A stretch of DNA of 63,831 nucleotides, counting the filler, from Welwitschia mirabilis (taxonomy: Eukaryota): NCBI GenBank assembly GCA_051453625.1. It is 4 parts of one record of this genome, joined end to end, with 100 filler letters (N's around TTAATTAATTAA, not from the genome) between each part and the next. Parts side by side here need not be neighbours in the genome. Positions count along the whole stretch, not along the records: positions 29,757 to 53,400 come from JBOZIK010000001.1; positions 53,501 to 58,940 come from JBOZIK010000001.1; positions 59,041 to 63,831 come from JBOZIK010000001.1; 1 more part is not named here. One strand, written 5' to 3'. The notes beneath the pieces are model-generated. The model saw only the letters and a program-made list of their open reading frames with translations, did no database searches and was not told the DNA's origin. Below are positions 49,750 through 63,725 of this stretch, one piece after another (the first letter of the stretch is position 1; every line of letters begins with the position of its first letter). Position numbers and translations under genes: made by a program.

Positions 49750-52700
49750 AATGCATAAGTAAAAGTGGAATTACTTACCTATTCCCTACTTAAAATAGGT
49801 AACAAATCATACTTCCTATTGCATTAAATTCACGTGTTTTAGAAGTAAGTATAAATTTTTACTAGAAAGAAAATATTATAAATGGAATTATTCCATGTAT
49901 TATTGATGCTCGAAAAATAGAATGACACAGTGGCAAGGAGGATGATTAGAAAATTTGTTAACATGGAATAGACATTACAAAGGTTGATGTGGGTTAGGCG
50001 ACATGGATGGGAGGTATTCATTAACTTATGATGGGGGTTATTAAGAATTAGGATGAGGTCATTAAGAAAAACTTTAAGTAAGAGGCTTGAGAAATAGAAC
50101 ATCATATTTAATGGTTATAACTCTTTGCAACAAAAGGGATCGATAAGGATCATCGAGAACTCTTGACTTCTCAATAAGGATTGTCGAATCCATTGTGAAG
50201 GTAAAAAAAGAATTTCAAAGATGGTCATTAGGAAATCCAAGTTATTGATGGGGTCGTTTGACTTCCTTCCACTTGGTTATAATTAAGCAAGTGAGAATAG
50301 AGAAGTGAGATCATGTGAAGAAGTTATAAAAGAAGGTTAATGGAGGTCATTAATAAGAAGACCCCACCATTCAGTAGAAAGTTTAAGAGAATAATGTTGA
50401 CTTAAAATATAATTCAAAGCTTCAACTTTGGACTAGTATCAGTCAACTCCTTAAACTTGCACCATAATGATTATGCTCAACATCTAGTTCAAAGTTCTAA
50501 CTTTAAGTTAGTGTTAGTTAACCAAGTAATTTTATTTCATTGTAGGCTAAGAAGACCATCTAGTTGACATGAAATTTGACTCAAAGTTCTAACTTTGAGT
50601 TGGTATTAGTCAACTTTTTGGACTTACATTTTGAGTTAGTTTTAGTTCAATCAAGTAATGTTGTTTTATGTAGGTTTTGAACAACAAAGAAGTTCAAAAG
50701 ATAGATCTTTACATTTATCAAGTTGTTATGAAATCTGACTCAAAGTTAAAACTTTGAGTCAGTATCAATTGATTAGATAAATGTATTCTAGAGATCTAAC
50801 TCATAGTGATATCCTATTACAGGAATAACATAGGTAACATTCAATTTCTTATTATTTCCTGAAATATATTATTTCTTTGTATTATTAATCATTGTTTCAT
50901 AGTATTATTTAAAAGTCTTTCTTCATTTAAAAATAAATTACAATGTTTTACTAATTACTTAGTAGTCGATGATGATGATAAAATCTGATGGGTCCTTGCA
51001 AAGACTTGCAGCTCAGGGAAAAACTAAATTGATCATAACTTGATTTGAAGTTTTGACTTTAGATTAAGCCTTAGCTAGCTTGGAATTCCTTGATTTTTGT
51101 CTTGTATAAAGATTATTGCTAATACTTGTCACCCTTGGTTCTTGAATAGAATAAGTATGTGGTTTCTTCTAATTCCTTTACTTCATTACTAAACATCTGT
51201 GCATTGGGTAAGTTAAAATAAATCACACTAAATAAGACTTATGTTATAAATCTCATTCTTTTATGCTAATCATTTATCATTCTCCATCTAAGCTTCATAG
51301 TTTCTTTATTTAATCATTTTTTAATACTTACAATTTCTCCTTAGTAAATCCCTATGTCTTTCATTCCTCATCACTCTCCCATTGCTGCTTCAAGATTTAT
51401 AAAGATAAAGCGTTGCCTTTTTAACTTGGGTTCCACATAGATTGATATGTGTATTAGGAGTGTAGAGCCCTAATCACTTTAAATTTTTATTAGGTCAGAG
51501 AATGAGGTATAATAGTTCTTATACTATGTCTATAATTTGACTACTAAGGTTTTGAATACCTTAGACATATTTATCACTAAGACTAGTAAAGACTATTTTG
51601 AAAATGGTATCATTCATCTAAGTTTTAATCCTATGATTCATCACTTAGTGGATGAGTACCTAAGGGTTAGGACTGAAGAGCTTCATCAACAACTCAATTA
51701 AGAAGACTTTTATTACAACAATTTTTTAGGAAAGTTAGCTAGATAGATGTAGCTATTAGAAAAAAGGGTTGATTAGCTTTAAGACATGAATCTTGTACTT
51801 AGTCTCGCTACACTAAGTTATGATAGGGATAACATAGATAAGACAATATCAAATGCTAAGTCTTATCAGAACTTTTGATAAATCCATCTAGAAGAGATTA
51901 ACATGCTATCAGAGTTCCTAAGGGAGATGCATCTACTACCCTTAGGTTAGAGTCCTATAGGATCATCATCTAAGACTAGGCATTTTCATAAAAAGAACAA
52001 GTTCTCTGATAAATTTAAGAATTGAGTTGCTTCAGTCAAAATATTTATATTTTTAGCTCTAATAGCTTTAGTAGTGTTTTTATCTTACTTATGCAAAATG
52101 ATGTAATAAACTTCTGTATCTAATAAAGTTTTTAATTGTTATTTTTATTTTAGATGAAGTTTTCTTATGGCTACTTTTATTTTCTTATGGACATATTAAT
52201 TTTATTAAAGAAAATTCAAACTAAGTAATTCATCAAATTCTTAAGATAATATGAAATAATTTTAAAACTATGAATCTTACTCTTTACTAAAATAGAACTT
52301 AATAATTGTGCATGCTATTGAATTGAAAATTTTGAATTCACATTCTACCACATATAAAATTTTTCTTCTCTCTCTTTCTCTCTTTTTTTATAAGTTGTGT
52401 TATATTAATATAGTCTCAATAAGTATCTGTATCTTAGATGACTCTTAGGATATAGTTTTTCTCAAATTTTTATTTTTACAACTTAATTTTTAATCATAAT
52501 AAAGAGAGTGCAACCACTTATAGAGGAGTAAGGACTTGTAAGATTCATTTTTTTAAACCTTTTTTTTAATCTAGGTTGTAAGTAATTAATCCCTTAGTGA
52601 ACTTCTCATAGCTACTATATTGCACTACCAAAGCCCCTCTTAGGAATTTTCACCCTAGTGCACTTGTAGTAGAACATTGTATTTTTTTTAAAATTTACAT

Positions 52701-52891
52701 TCATCAAAAGATATTTTACCATGTAATGAAATGTTTCTCCTTAATCTTTTCAATAAGGATAATGTACAATCCCCTATTAAAGGCTTACTCAGTTAGCTTC
52801 CTATTTCACAATCATTAGATTTATGTTAAACAACTTTGTGAATTAATAGTTTAAATAAACTTTAAGGAAATGACACATCATTTTTTATCTA
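49750..52891 (-). mobile_element. Possible Tat/Retand-like Gypsy remnant
   Basis: Weak integrase-tail-like motifs at 52510-52890 (minus), a coding-like plus-strand tract at 51150-52050 and a repeat array. This arrangement recalls Tat elements with antisense ORFs. Very decayed. Confidence 0.3.
50410..51065. repeat. Array of five palindromic ~28 bp units
   Basis: Best copy is CTGACTCAAAGTT-AA-AACTTTGAGTCAG (50735-50762). Decayed copies lie at ~50412, 50487, 50578 and 51041. Confidence 0.8.
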
Positions 52892-53444
52892 NNNNNNNNN
52901 NNNNNNNNNNNNNNNNNNNNNNNNNNNNNNNNNNNNNNNNNNNNNNNNNNNNNNNNNNNNNNNNNNNNNNNNNNNNNNNNNNNNNNNNNNNNNNNNNNNN
53001 NNNNNNNNNNNNNNNNNNNNNNNNNNNNNNNNNNNNNNNNNNNNNNNNNNNNNNNNNNNNNNNNNNNNNNNNNNNNNNNNNNNNNNNNNNNNNNNNNNNN
53101 NNNNNNNNNNNNNNTTGAATGTATCTTTTTAGGGTCATAGATTAATATAGAATATCCTACATTTGTTTTTATAATTCTATTATCATGATATATTTTGATT
53201 TTCTGTTGTATAAGTTCTTTACGTAAAAGAGCTTATTTTCTATTTTCATGTAAAATATTTATATTTTCTATCCATTCATTTTGAGTTGTATCCAAGTTAC
53301 ATTTTAATTATTTAGCCAATTTAAATGAGTTTGTTTTAAATTTAATTAATAAAATAGCTCTTTTTTAATAAACTAATTCATATGATGTAAACCATATGCT
53401 NNNNNNNNNNNNNNNNNNNNNNNNNNNNNNNNNNNNNNNNNNNN

Positions 53445-53456
53445 TTAATTAATTAA
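53445..53456. other. Artificial scaffold linker TTAATTAATTAA
   Basis: Same 44N+12+44N block (53401-53500). Confidence 0.95.
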
Positions 53457-54357
53457 NNNNNNNNNNNNNNNNNNNNNNNNNNNNNNNNNNNNNNNNNNNN
53501 GACAGCACGCTTTGCTTCACAAAACACCAACCAAGGCTCCAAAACCATCTCTTGCAAAAACAATGAAAGAAATAACAAAGACAACAAGAACAAATGAAAA
53601 AAAGTCAAGTTCAACCCTTTCCCTTAAGTCTTCAGATCCTATTGTCAAAATAAACTTTATCCCTAGCGTCATAAAGAGAGGTCCAAATAAAACTAGGGTT
53701 ACAGATCCAACCCTCTAAAAAGGCACTAAAACTAAACACACTCTTATTTTAATATGCTAAAAAAAATACCCCTAAGGCAATTTTATAACATAACCACCTC
53801 TTACAACATTACAATGATTCAGTGTTAAAATATATTATTATAAGCAAATTACAAGAGAAATGAATCAATCCAACTTCACTTTTAGCCCTTGGAAGCAAAA
53901 TCAAAATAGCTAGATGCAAAAACCATTATTCTGAATGGTGTTCTTAAAGAGGAAATTAACAACATAACAACCAAAGGGATTTGTATGTTTTGAAATAATG
54001 AACATAAGGTTATCATTAAGGAATCAAGTCACATCCACTGGCACATAGGTCCTATTTCAAACCTCATAAATCCTTCTCCTTCGCAAATAATGGGAGAAGC
54101 CAATACAAAAACTCATGGTGTTCATATGTGCCACAGCTAAAAATATTCCATCAAAATTAGCTAACTCAGGAATAATCCTTCACTAGCAATCTAACATCAT
54201 CTTTCAATATTGTCAATTATATGTTTGTATAGCTTGATAATCTACTCACTCCCGAGGATGATTCCTTCCATTGGAAATACCACAACGTTGCATGCTTCTT
54301 TTGATGCACCAATGTCCATTTCCATAGACTTTTTGAAATCCCCTACAAAACCCTCAT

Positions 54358-54506
54358 CTTATGCAAGGGCTGCAGAACATTATCTACAATTTTACCAGTA
54401 GACACTTCTATAATTTTTCTTTGTAATCTCCTAGAAAACAAACTTCTTATGCAAGAGATGCAGGAACATCATCTACCTTTTTACCAGTAGTCTCTTCTAC
54501 AATTTT
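54358..54506. repeat. Imperfect direct repeat (~60 bp unit, ~88 bp period)
   Basis: CTTATGCAAG.G.TGCAG.AACAT.ATCTAC..TTTTACCAGTAG..CTTCTA.AATTTT occurs twice. Confidence 0.75.
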
Positions 54507-56132
54507 TGCTGGTTCCACTTCATGCTTCATTAAATTTGTTTGAAAACAGAATTTAACCAATGAATGACATCCACATCTAAGGTCCATGGTACTCTCATCA
54601 ATTAAAAACCTTGAATATGTGGTAACNNNNNNNNNNNNNNNNNNNNNNNNNNNNNNNNNNNNNNNNNNNNNNNNNNNNNNNNNNNNNNNNNNNNNNNNNN
54701 NNNNNNNNNNNNNNNNNNNNNNNNNNNNNNNNNNNNNNNNNNNNNNNNNNNNNNNNNNNNNNNNNNNNNNNNNNNNNNNNNNNNNNNNNNNNNNNNNNNN
54801 NNNNNNNNNNNNNNNNNNNNNNNNNNNNNNNNNNNNNNNNNNNNNNNNNNNNNNNNNNNNNNNNNNNNNNNNNNNNNNNNNNNNNNNNNNNNNNNNNNNN
54901 NNNNNNNNNNNNNNNNNNNNNNNNNNNNNNNNNNNNNNNNNNNNNNNNNNNNNNNNNNNNNNNNNNNNNNNNNNNNNNNNNNNNNNNNNNNNNNNNNNNN
55001 NNNNNNNNNNNNNNNCACTTGCATGATAGGTTTGAGTGCCACTTAGAGAACGTAGTCCTTTGTGGACAAGTTTGTGCGCATGAACATTCATTCACAGAAG
55101 TCTCGGGCCTTTCAATGAATTCTTACTTTGATGAGTTGTTCTCATGCTATCAAACTTTCCCCTCAAATAGCATTGTATTTTAAACTTTGAATTAGATGTA
55201 AAATTTTCATGCATACAATTGAATTAACATATACTTTTTACTACTAGAAGAACTCCGAGAGTATTACAAATTTATTAGCATCTGAATTATGTATAAAGTG
55301 CACTTACACATTCATTTATCTTGTGTTTGCCATATCTATTCATTTTTTGCTTCTGTGTTACATTGTTTCTCTGATGTAAACATTCATCGAATTTTAAAAC
55401 AGCAACACCAATTACACCAAACACCGAAAAAATGAAATATCTAAAATGATTTAAATCCAACATCACACAATTACAAATACAAATAAAGTATCAATCATTG
55501 ACCACTGGCCAAATTCATATAACCCACACAATGAAAGAAATGTGTGTTCTCAATTAAAAAGGAAGATAGTCCATGACCTCAAAAAACACAAAGGAAGGAG
55601 GGAAGGAGAACAGAAAAGAAAAGGAAAGAAAAGAAAAACCTTGGCACTTAAAAAAAAATTGCATGAACAATAGCTGAAGCAGTCTTATCAGCATTTCTCT
55701 AACCTATAATAAAACCTTCTATACCATGTGCCAGATAAGAACAAATGAGGTTTAGCATGTTATGCAAACTTTCTATATATAGCCATGAATCAACTCAATG
55801 ATATTTTTAGATGGATAATAGAAAAAGCAATTTTTCAGTTATACTTTTTGCTAAGTCATGGTTACCATTGACAACAAATATGTTTAGATGAAACAGACAT
55901 TGCAAACACATAATTTCACTTTAAAGATTCTATTAAGATTTTCATGTTTCATTTTTTCATTTTATTAATCTTAAAGATTATGATTGGTATAAAATATTGT
56001 CCAAAACAAGCTTTTCTAAACTCATTTAATTTTTGAGTCCTTTTTAAAATATTGTGGAGCATTTTATAAGTTGTAGACATTTTTAAATAAAAGTTGATAA
56101 GTAATAAATTTGATGGGCTGGGTAATTGCAAC

Positions 56133-56200
56133 CTTCCACTTTACTGTTGCAGTTTTTCCATTCCCCATTTCTGGTGTCATGAGTTCAATTTTGTGCACTT
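56133..56200 (-). CDS. Candidate isolated 68-nt internal exon of an unidentified gene
   Basis: Minus strand TTTACTTTTCTGTGGTTAG|AAGTGCAC...GTGGAAG|GTTGCA, with a single open frame xVHKIELMTPEMGNGKTATVKWK. The flanks are T-rich on the minus strand. Confidence 0.3.
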
Positions 56201-58984
56201 CTAACCACAGAAAAGTAAAGCTTTGTACCACAGTATCTTGTAACTTGGCTGCATTATTGACACAGGGAAACTTTGTGCTTCCAATTAACATAAATGGATA
56301 GGCCCAGTAAAATGTAACCCATAAAAAAAAAAAAAAAAAATCATCCAATGATTGTGCCCAAAATGACCATTAGGAGCTAAGCTCGGATGTAAGCTCTTAT
56401 GTATTTCCTAACAAACTATTTAGAGTAACAAGAAGTCAATTAAGAAGAGGAATTTCATGACCTTAGGTGGGGAATTTGTTAGCAAACTACAACAAAGAGG
56501 ATAGGACTTCCCCTTCCAATAGAGAATACAAATCTAGTAACGGAAATCAATTAATTCCAATAGTCCGAAAAAAGAAGTTATTTCCGAGGACTCGGTGCCT
56601 AGACCACTTAGCACATGCCAAACAAGCAACAAGAAAAACGTACCAAATAGTAGTAATCTGGTCAAGAATAAAAAGTGTGAGCAATAAAATAGGTATCAGA
56701 AAAGGACTTTTTGGCTTAGATTTCAACCGTTAGTAAACGTAAAGAAGGGAGTTCCATTCAAAGATGGAGCAGGCTAAACACTATAATATCTCATATTAAA
56801 TAAGGTGTACAGCTAGAATGCACACCACAAGTTTCAAATTCTATGCTACTTGTCATCACCTCACCTCAATGCATGTAGTACATAACTTGGGAGGCAGTTT
56901 AGCTTCTTCGATTAAAAATAAGTGTACTGTGCCACTTTCGTAGTAAANNNNNNNNNNNNNNNNNNNNNNNNNNNNNNNNNNNNNNNNNNNNNNNNNNNNN
57001 NNNNNNNNNNNNNNNNNNNNNNNNNNNNNNNNNNNNNNNNNNNNNNNNNNNNNNNNNNNNNNNNNNNNNNNNNNNNNNNNNNNNNNNNNNNNNNNNNNNN
57101 NNNNNNNNNNNNNNNNNNNNNNNNNNNNNNNNNNNNNNNNNNNNNNNNNNNNNNNNNNNNNNNNNNNNNNNNNNNNNNNNNNNNNNNNNNNNNNNNNNNN
57201 NNNNNNNNNNNNNNNNNNNNNNNNNNNNNNNNNNNNNNNNNNNNNNNNNNNNNNNNNNNNNNNNNNNNNNNNNNNNNNNNNNNNNNNNNNNNNNNNNNNN
57301 NNNNNNNNNNNNNNNNNNNNNNNNNNNNNNNNNNNNNNNNNNNNNNNNNNNNNCGTGCAGCATAGTTTCTTACTATACTAGTGGATTTTGGCTTCTTTTG
57401 AGTAGTCGAAGCTTTTACTAGCATTGAAACCCTCATGTACACAAACTAGACACCAATGTTTCATTTTGAAAAGGTTTTTGCAATAGCAAGGCAGCTCCAT
57501 TCGATTCCGAACATGAATCTATAAGCATTCCTTAAGAAAAAATCAATATATAGAATAGTAAAAGCATCGTAAAGAGTTCTAAATCCCTCAACATTTCTAT
57601 GCTATTCTTCTTTCTTAAAGTAGAGTAGCTACTAGGTTTAAAAAATAAANNNNNNNNNNNNNNNNNNNNNNNNNNNNNNNNNNNNNNNNNNNNNNNNNNN
57701 NNNNTTGAGGGTTTGAAGGAGAAGCAAACAAACTTAGCAATCCTTTTTTGCCGTGTTTTAAGAAGAGATGTATGCGAGGTAAAGAAGAGATGCGCACGAG
57801 GTTTTTTTCAACATGTTTTAAGAAGAGATGCACACTAGGTAATTAAGAGGTATGCACAAGGTTTTTTTTCCATGTTTTAAAAAGAGGTGTGCGTAAGTTT
57901 TTTTTAAATTTTTTTTTAAGCGGCCTTTTTTATAGCTTTAAAGGGATAAATGCCTTAAAAACAATCGGAAGTAGCATTTAGGTGTTTGTTTAAACAAAAT
58001 CCTTAAAAAGATTCCTATGTTTTTTTTTTCAAGTTATTTCTTAAAATAAACACCTTAAAAGGGCTGTNNNNNNNNNNNNNNNNNNNNNNNNNNNNNNNNN
58101 NNNNNNNNNNNNNNNNNNNNNNNNNNNNNNNNNNNNNNNNNNNNNNNNNNNNNNNNNNNNNNNNNNNNNNNNNNNNNNNNNNNNNNNNNNNNNNNNNNNN
58201 NNNNNNNNNNNNNNNNNNNNNNNNNNNNNNNNNNNNNNNNNNNNNNNNNNNNNNNNNNNNNNNNNNNNNNNNNNNNNNNNNNNNNNNNNNNNNNNNNNNN
58301 NNNNNNNNNNNNNNNNNNNNNNNNNNNNNNNNNNNNNNNNNNNNNNNNNNNNNNNNNNNNNNNNNNNNNNNNNNNNNNNNNNNNNNNNNNNNNNNNNNNN
58401 NNNNNNNNNNNNNNNNNNNNNNNNNNNNNNNNNNNNNNNNNNNNNNNTATTTGATTTATAGATTTACCTAAAGAGCTTCAAGGTTGCATAAATTCACACT
58501 GCAGCAAAGTACCTAATGAGGAAGTCACCTAAGAAAGAGGGAGGAAGAGATGAGAGAAGAGTTGGTAGAGAGAGAATATGAATAGATGAAATAATTTTTT
58601 GTTGTTTCTCTTGATTTATTTTCTTCAAACTATAAAAGATTAGCTCTTATAAGAAAATTTAATATACTCTATAATTTCTAGAAGAAACGAAAGAAAATAA
58701 AATAAGAAAAAGAAGGGACTAGATCACGTTTTATTGATTAAGTGCTAGGCATGATCAACACTAATGCATTGGTAATAAAAAGAAAAAAGAAAAAAAAGGC
58801 ACTAGAAAGGGACTAGTGTAAAATATAAAAAAAGAAAAAGTAAAAAAACAAAATGAAAGAAGAGAAGTAAAAACAAGTATAGAAATGTGAATTTTGTGCA
58901 TATCTCACTATAGCTACCATGTCACTATCACTAATAATGANNNNNNNNNNNNNNNNNNNNNNNNNNNNNNNNNNNNNNNNNNNN

Positions 58985-58996
58985 TTAATTAATTAA
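58985..58996. other. Artificial scaffold linker TTAATTAATTAA
   Basis: Same 44N+12+44N block (58941-59040). Confidence 0.95.
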
Positions 58997-59040
58997 NNNN
59001 NNNNNNNNNNNNNNNNNNNNNNNNNNNNNNNNNNNNNNNN

Positions 59041-62000
59041 ACTTTTTAAAAATTAGTGGTTACTCCATGTAAAAAGTTGGTTTATAGATACATTCCATCA
59101 CTTCATAAAAGTAAGCAACTATACAATATGAACTTTAACACACTCAATAAAGATCTTATTACCATAGAAGCATAATTTAACTTCATAGGCTCTTCATCTT
59201 CTGATGTAGCATTCAAAGTTTCTCCTTCTTATGACCCCTCCATTGACCTAAATAGTATACTAGCAAATTTTACTACAAAATGAGTCACATCATAATAAGA
59301 CTCCACAAAAATAGTAAAACAAGAAGCCTAATTATATTAAAAAAAAAGAACCAAGTTCAAAATACTATTAACCCTAAGAAGAACAAATATCAGTGCTTAT
59401 GATACATAAGACAAGGTCATTCCTTGGACTTTTGTGGAATACCTTAAGACAAGATTAATTCTATACATAAGGTAAATGCAATTACTAAAGAATTTAATTC
59501 CCTTAATGATATTGAAATATTTGAGTTTAATGTAATGTTTAACAACTTTANNNNNNNNNNNNNNNNNNNNNNNNNNNNNNNNNNNNNNNNNNNNNNNNNN
59601 NNNNNNNNNNNNNNNNNNNNNNNNNNNNNNNNNNNNNNNNNNNNNNNNNNNNNNNNNNNNNNNNNNNNNNNNNNNNNNNNNNNNNNNNNNNNNNNNNNNN
59701 NNNNNNNNNNNNNNNNNNNNNNNNNNNNNNNNNNNNNNNNNNNNNNNNNNNNNNNNNNNNNNNNNNNNNNNNNNNNNNNNNNNNNNNNNNNNNNNNNNNN
59801 NNNNNNNNNNNNNNNNNNNNNNNNNNNNNNNNNNNNNNNNNNNNNNNNNNNNNNNNNNNNNNNNNNNNNNNNNNNNNNNNNNNNNNNNNNNNNNNNNNNN
59901 NNNNNNNNNNNNNNNNNNNNNNNNNNNNNNNNNNNNNNNNNNNNNNNNNNNNNNNNNNNNNNNNNNNNNNNNNNNNNNNNNNNNNNNNNNNNNNNNNNNN
60001 NNNNNNNNNNNNNNNNNNNNNNNNNNNNNNNNNNNNNNNNNNNNNNNNNNNNNNNNNNNNNNNNNNNNNNNNNNNNNNNNNNNNNNNNNNNNNNNNNNNN
60101 NNNNNNNNNNNNNNNNNNNNNNNNNNNNNNNNNNNNNNNNNNNNNNNNNNNNNNNNNNNNNNNNNNNNNNNNNNNNNNNNNNNNNNNNNNNNNNNNNNNN
60201 NNNNNNNNNNNNNNNNNNNNNNNNNNNNNNNNNNNNNNNNNNNNNNNNNNCTCCAGCTCTAGTGGAAGGCTATGATTTAGTTTCCCTTAACTTAACATTA
60301 CTCTCTTAATAGACTATTTCTCATGTTCTGTCTGTTCCTTCTTTGAGGTTGCATCTTCTATTATTTTTCACTCTAGTATAATAAGATCATTCAATTTCTA
60401 TGATAAAGTACTTAATTAATGTTTATGATAACAATTAGTAACTAATCATGAAAGATTACATGAAAGAAAAGCTCTTTTATCTTCATGGTTATGTTCAAAT
60501 GTAGGAGATTGCTTGCAAAGTTTTCTAAGAAAAGATATCTTCCTCACTATTATGGCATGCTCGATAGGGACAACATGCTCCTTGTATGATGAATGTTATG
60601 TGTGTGAATGGCCACCAAATTCTTCCATAGAATTTTCCTTACTGTGAAGCATGTATTATAGATAAAGTGACTCGATAGTAGTTTGCATAAAATAAGCAGA
60701 TGTTGATCAAACGATTCTTCTTATTATAGTAATCTATGTGAATCTATGCTAGTTTCTACTCTCCATAGTTTTCATTATTTTACCTCTTTTACTAATGAAC
60801 ATTCCCAAATAACTTGGGTGTATTTTATCAAATCTAAATCTCAAACTTTAAACATCTTCAAGAAGTTCAAAACTAAAGTGGAAAAGCAAGCTAACTATTA
60901 GATTAAAAGTTTCCACTCAAGTAATGATGGTATGTAAACCTCTGCTGAGTTTAAGGATTTTTTCACTTCTAAAGGGATATGACATTTGAAGATCTACCCT
61001 AGAATACCTTAACAAAATGGCATTGCTAAGTGATTTAATCATACTATCATGGATATGGTATGTTTGATAACATATTTTAGTGATCACAAGAACTATCTTT
61101 GGGGTGAAGCAGTGNNNNNNNNNNNNNNNNNNNNNNNNNNNNNNNNNNNNNNNNNNNNNNNNNNNNNNNNNNNNNNNNNNNNNNNNNNNNNNNNNNNNNN
61201 NNNNNNNNNNNNNNNNNNNNNNNNNNNNNNNNNNNNNNNNNNNNNNNNNNNNNNNNNNNNNNNNNNNNNNNNNNNNNNNNNNNCTTGCATCAACATCTTT
61301 ATGGGATATCCAATGAACTAGATCAGTTATCAAGCGTATTTCCTAGAGCATTATAAGATCAATTTTTTTTCATGACATCATCTTTTTAGAAAATTTCTGT
61401 AGTGATTATTAGCTTGATCCTTTAAAGCTTCCTCCTTATTTTAAACCTATAGCCATATTGGATGCATAATGTCCTATGGTTAATAGGGAAGACCTAGTCA
61501 CAAGTCATGCTTTAGTTTCTTATATTGGTACAACTACTTTGTAACCTATAGGAATTAAGAAATTTGATTCTTTAAATACACTTACTCATGGTTCTAGTAG
61601 CAATTTATTAGGTTTTCCAATTGAAAAAGATGATACTATCTAGAGATAACATTGAAATACTTGGTTACAGTATGCTCTCTAAGATGTTTATAATGATAAG
61701 ATGGGTAGAACTAGAACTAAGTATGACTCACATAAATATCATGATGATAATGATAACTAGCTTTATTTGACTTTTGATGGTGCCTCAATCTCATTTAAAA
61801 ATGCTATTCAACATGATCATTAAATAAAATTCTTGCACAAAGAATATGATAGTCTTGATGAAAATAATACTCTAGAGTTAGTAGATATTCCATTAGGATA
61901 CATAACATTACCTAGAAAATGGATTTTCTATAATAAATATAATGCAAATAAACCCTTGAGTGATATAAAGCTTTGCTTGTTGTTGTAGGCCTATGATAGA

Positions 62001-63725
62001 ATAAAGGACTTGACTATAATGAAGTATTTTCTTTAATACTAAAATGGGATATTATTAGAATAGTGATTTAATTGGTAGCATAAAAAGCATGGAAGCTTCA
62101 TCAATCTGAAATAAGGACTTCCGTTCTCTATGAAGACTTAAATGAAGAAATTTACATAATGCAGCCAAATGGCTTTGGAAAAAAAGGCAAAGAATATAAG
62201 ATGTAAAGATTGATTAAATCTCTATATGGGCTAAAACAAGTATCAAAAGCTTGGTACCAAAGGCTTGTAGAGTATTTAAGTTTCAATNNNNNNNNNNNNN
62301 NNNNNNNNNNNNNNNNNNNNNNNNNNNNNNNNNNNNNNNNNNNNNNNNNNNNNNNNNNNNNNNNNNNNNNNNNNNNNNNNNNNNNNNNNNNNNNNNNNNN
62401 NNNNNNNNNNNNNNNNNNNNNNNNNNNNNNNNNNNNNNNNNNNNNNNNNNNNNNNNNNNNNNNNNNNNNNNNNNNNNNNNNNNNNNNNNNNNNNNNNNNN
62501 NNNNNNNNNNNNNNNNNNNNNNNNNNNNNNNNNNNNNNNNNNNNNNNNNNNNNNNNNNNNNNNNNNNNNNNNNNNNNNNNNNNNNNNNNNNNNNNNNNNN
62601 NNNNNNNNNNNNNNNNNNNNNNNNNNNNNNNNNNNNNNNNNNNNNNNNNNNNNNNNNNNNNNNNNNNNNNNNNNNNNNNNNNNNNNNNNNNNNNNNNNNN
62701 NNNNNNNNNNATTTAGATTATGTGATTACGAATATGTGGATGTCATGTTATTCATAAAATATAATGGATGTGAACCTCTATACATAGTCATTTAGATAGA
62801 TGATATTTTGATAACTGGAAGTGATGAAGAAGATGTATAAAGATCAAAAATTGCTTTAAGTAAGGCATTTAAAATTTCTAGTTTTGCATTAGTCAAATTC
62901 TACCTAGGTGTAGAAATTATTCAATAAAATCATGGAATCTTCTTAACAATAAGAAGTACATTACAGATGTGATCCGAAATTTTAGACTAGAAGGCATAAA
63001 ATAAGCTATAATACCTTTAGAGAAGAATGATAAGATATCTACTAATAAAGATTCCAAACCTGCAAATGAAATAGAATATAAAAGAATAGTGGAAGTTTTG
63101 ATTTATGAAACCAACACTAAACTAAACATATCATATGCTATTGATGTATTGTTAAGGTATCTTCATGTACATAATGTCACTCATCTAAATGTTGCAAAGA
63201 GAGTACTAAAATATTTAAGGAAGATAATAGATTTAAATCTAACCTATAAAATAAAATCTTAATTCATCCTCAAGGCATACTTTAACTTAGATTATATTAT
63301 AGAAACTAATATCTAATTGTCAACATTCAAGTATATCATGTTCTTCGTAACATCACCTTTACTAGTTAAAGCATTAGAAAATTATAAAGTGATCTTTTAT
63401 CAAATCCAAATATATAGATCCTTCCAAAGCATGTAGATAAATTTAGTGGATGAGGAATTAAAAGTAATAAACTTAAAATTGACTAAGGTGAAAGTGATCT
63501 TCATCAATAATCAGTTATCAATTTGCATGGAAAAAGATTCAGTGCACTGTGACAGTATAAAACACTTTTGTATTAGTATCCATAAAATCATAAAAATCAT
63601 CCAAAATGAAGTTATTATACTAGTATAGTATCTAAACATGGAGAAAATTGCTAATATTCTTACTAAATCACTTGATCAAGAGAAGTTCTAGTATTTCCAA
63701 TCCAAGAATGGATTGATAATGAGTT
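59041..63725 (+). pseudogene. Degenerate Ty1/Copia gag-pol
   Basis: Knuckle QCL*YIRQGHSLDFC (~59390); LWHAR (~60550); integrase TWVYFIKSKSQTLNIFKKFKTKVEKQ...QNGIAK...LWGEAV; RT LNEEIYIMQPNGF...LIKSLYGLKQVSKAWY and IDDILITGSD; RNase H tail IANILTKSLDQEKF. Confidence 0.9.

Noticed and set aside
50410-51065. CRISPR-like appearance of the palindrome array
   Set aside because: Plant TE context, irregular spacing, degenerate repeats and no cas genes.
57700-58047. Short AAGAAGAGATG repeats suggesting a MITE or DNA transposon end
   Set aside because: Flanked by gaps, with no terminal inverted repeat or TSD identifiable.
29657-59040. TTAATTAATTAA recurring three times as a possible biological repeat or PacI-like site
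   Set aside because: Each copy is exactly centred in a 44N+12+44N block, so it is an assembly spacer. Adjacency across these points is not evidence of linkage.
200-62757. Long ORFs in the supplied track made mostly of X
   Set aside because: They are artefacts of translating through N gaps.
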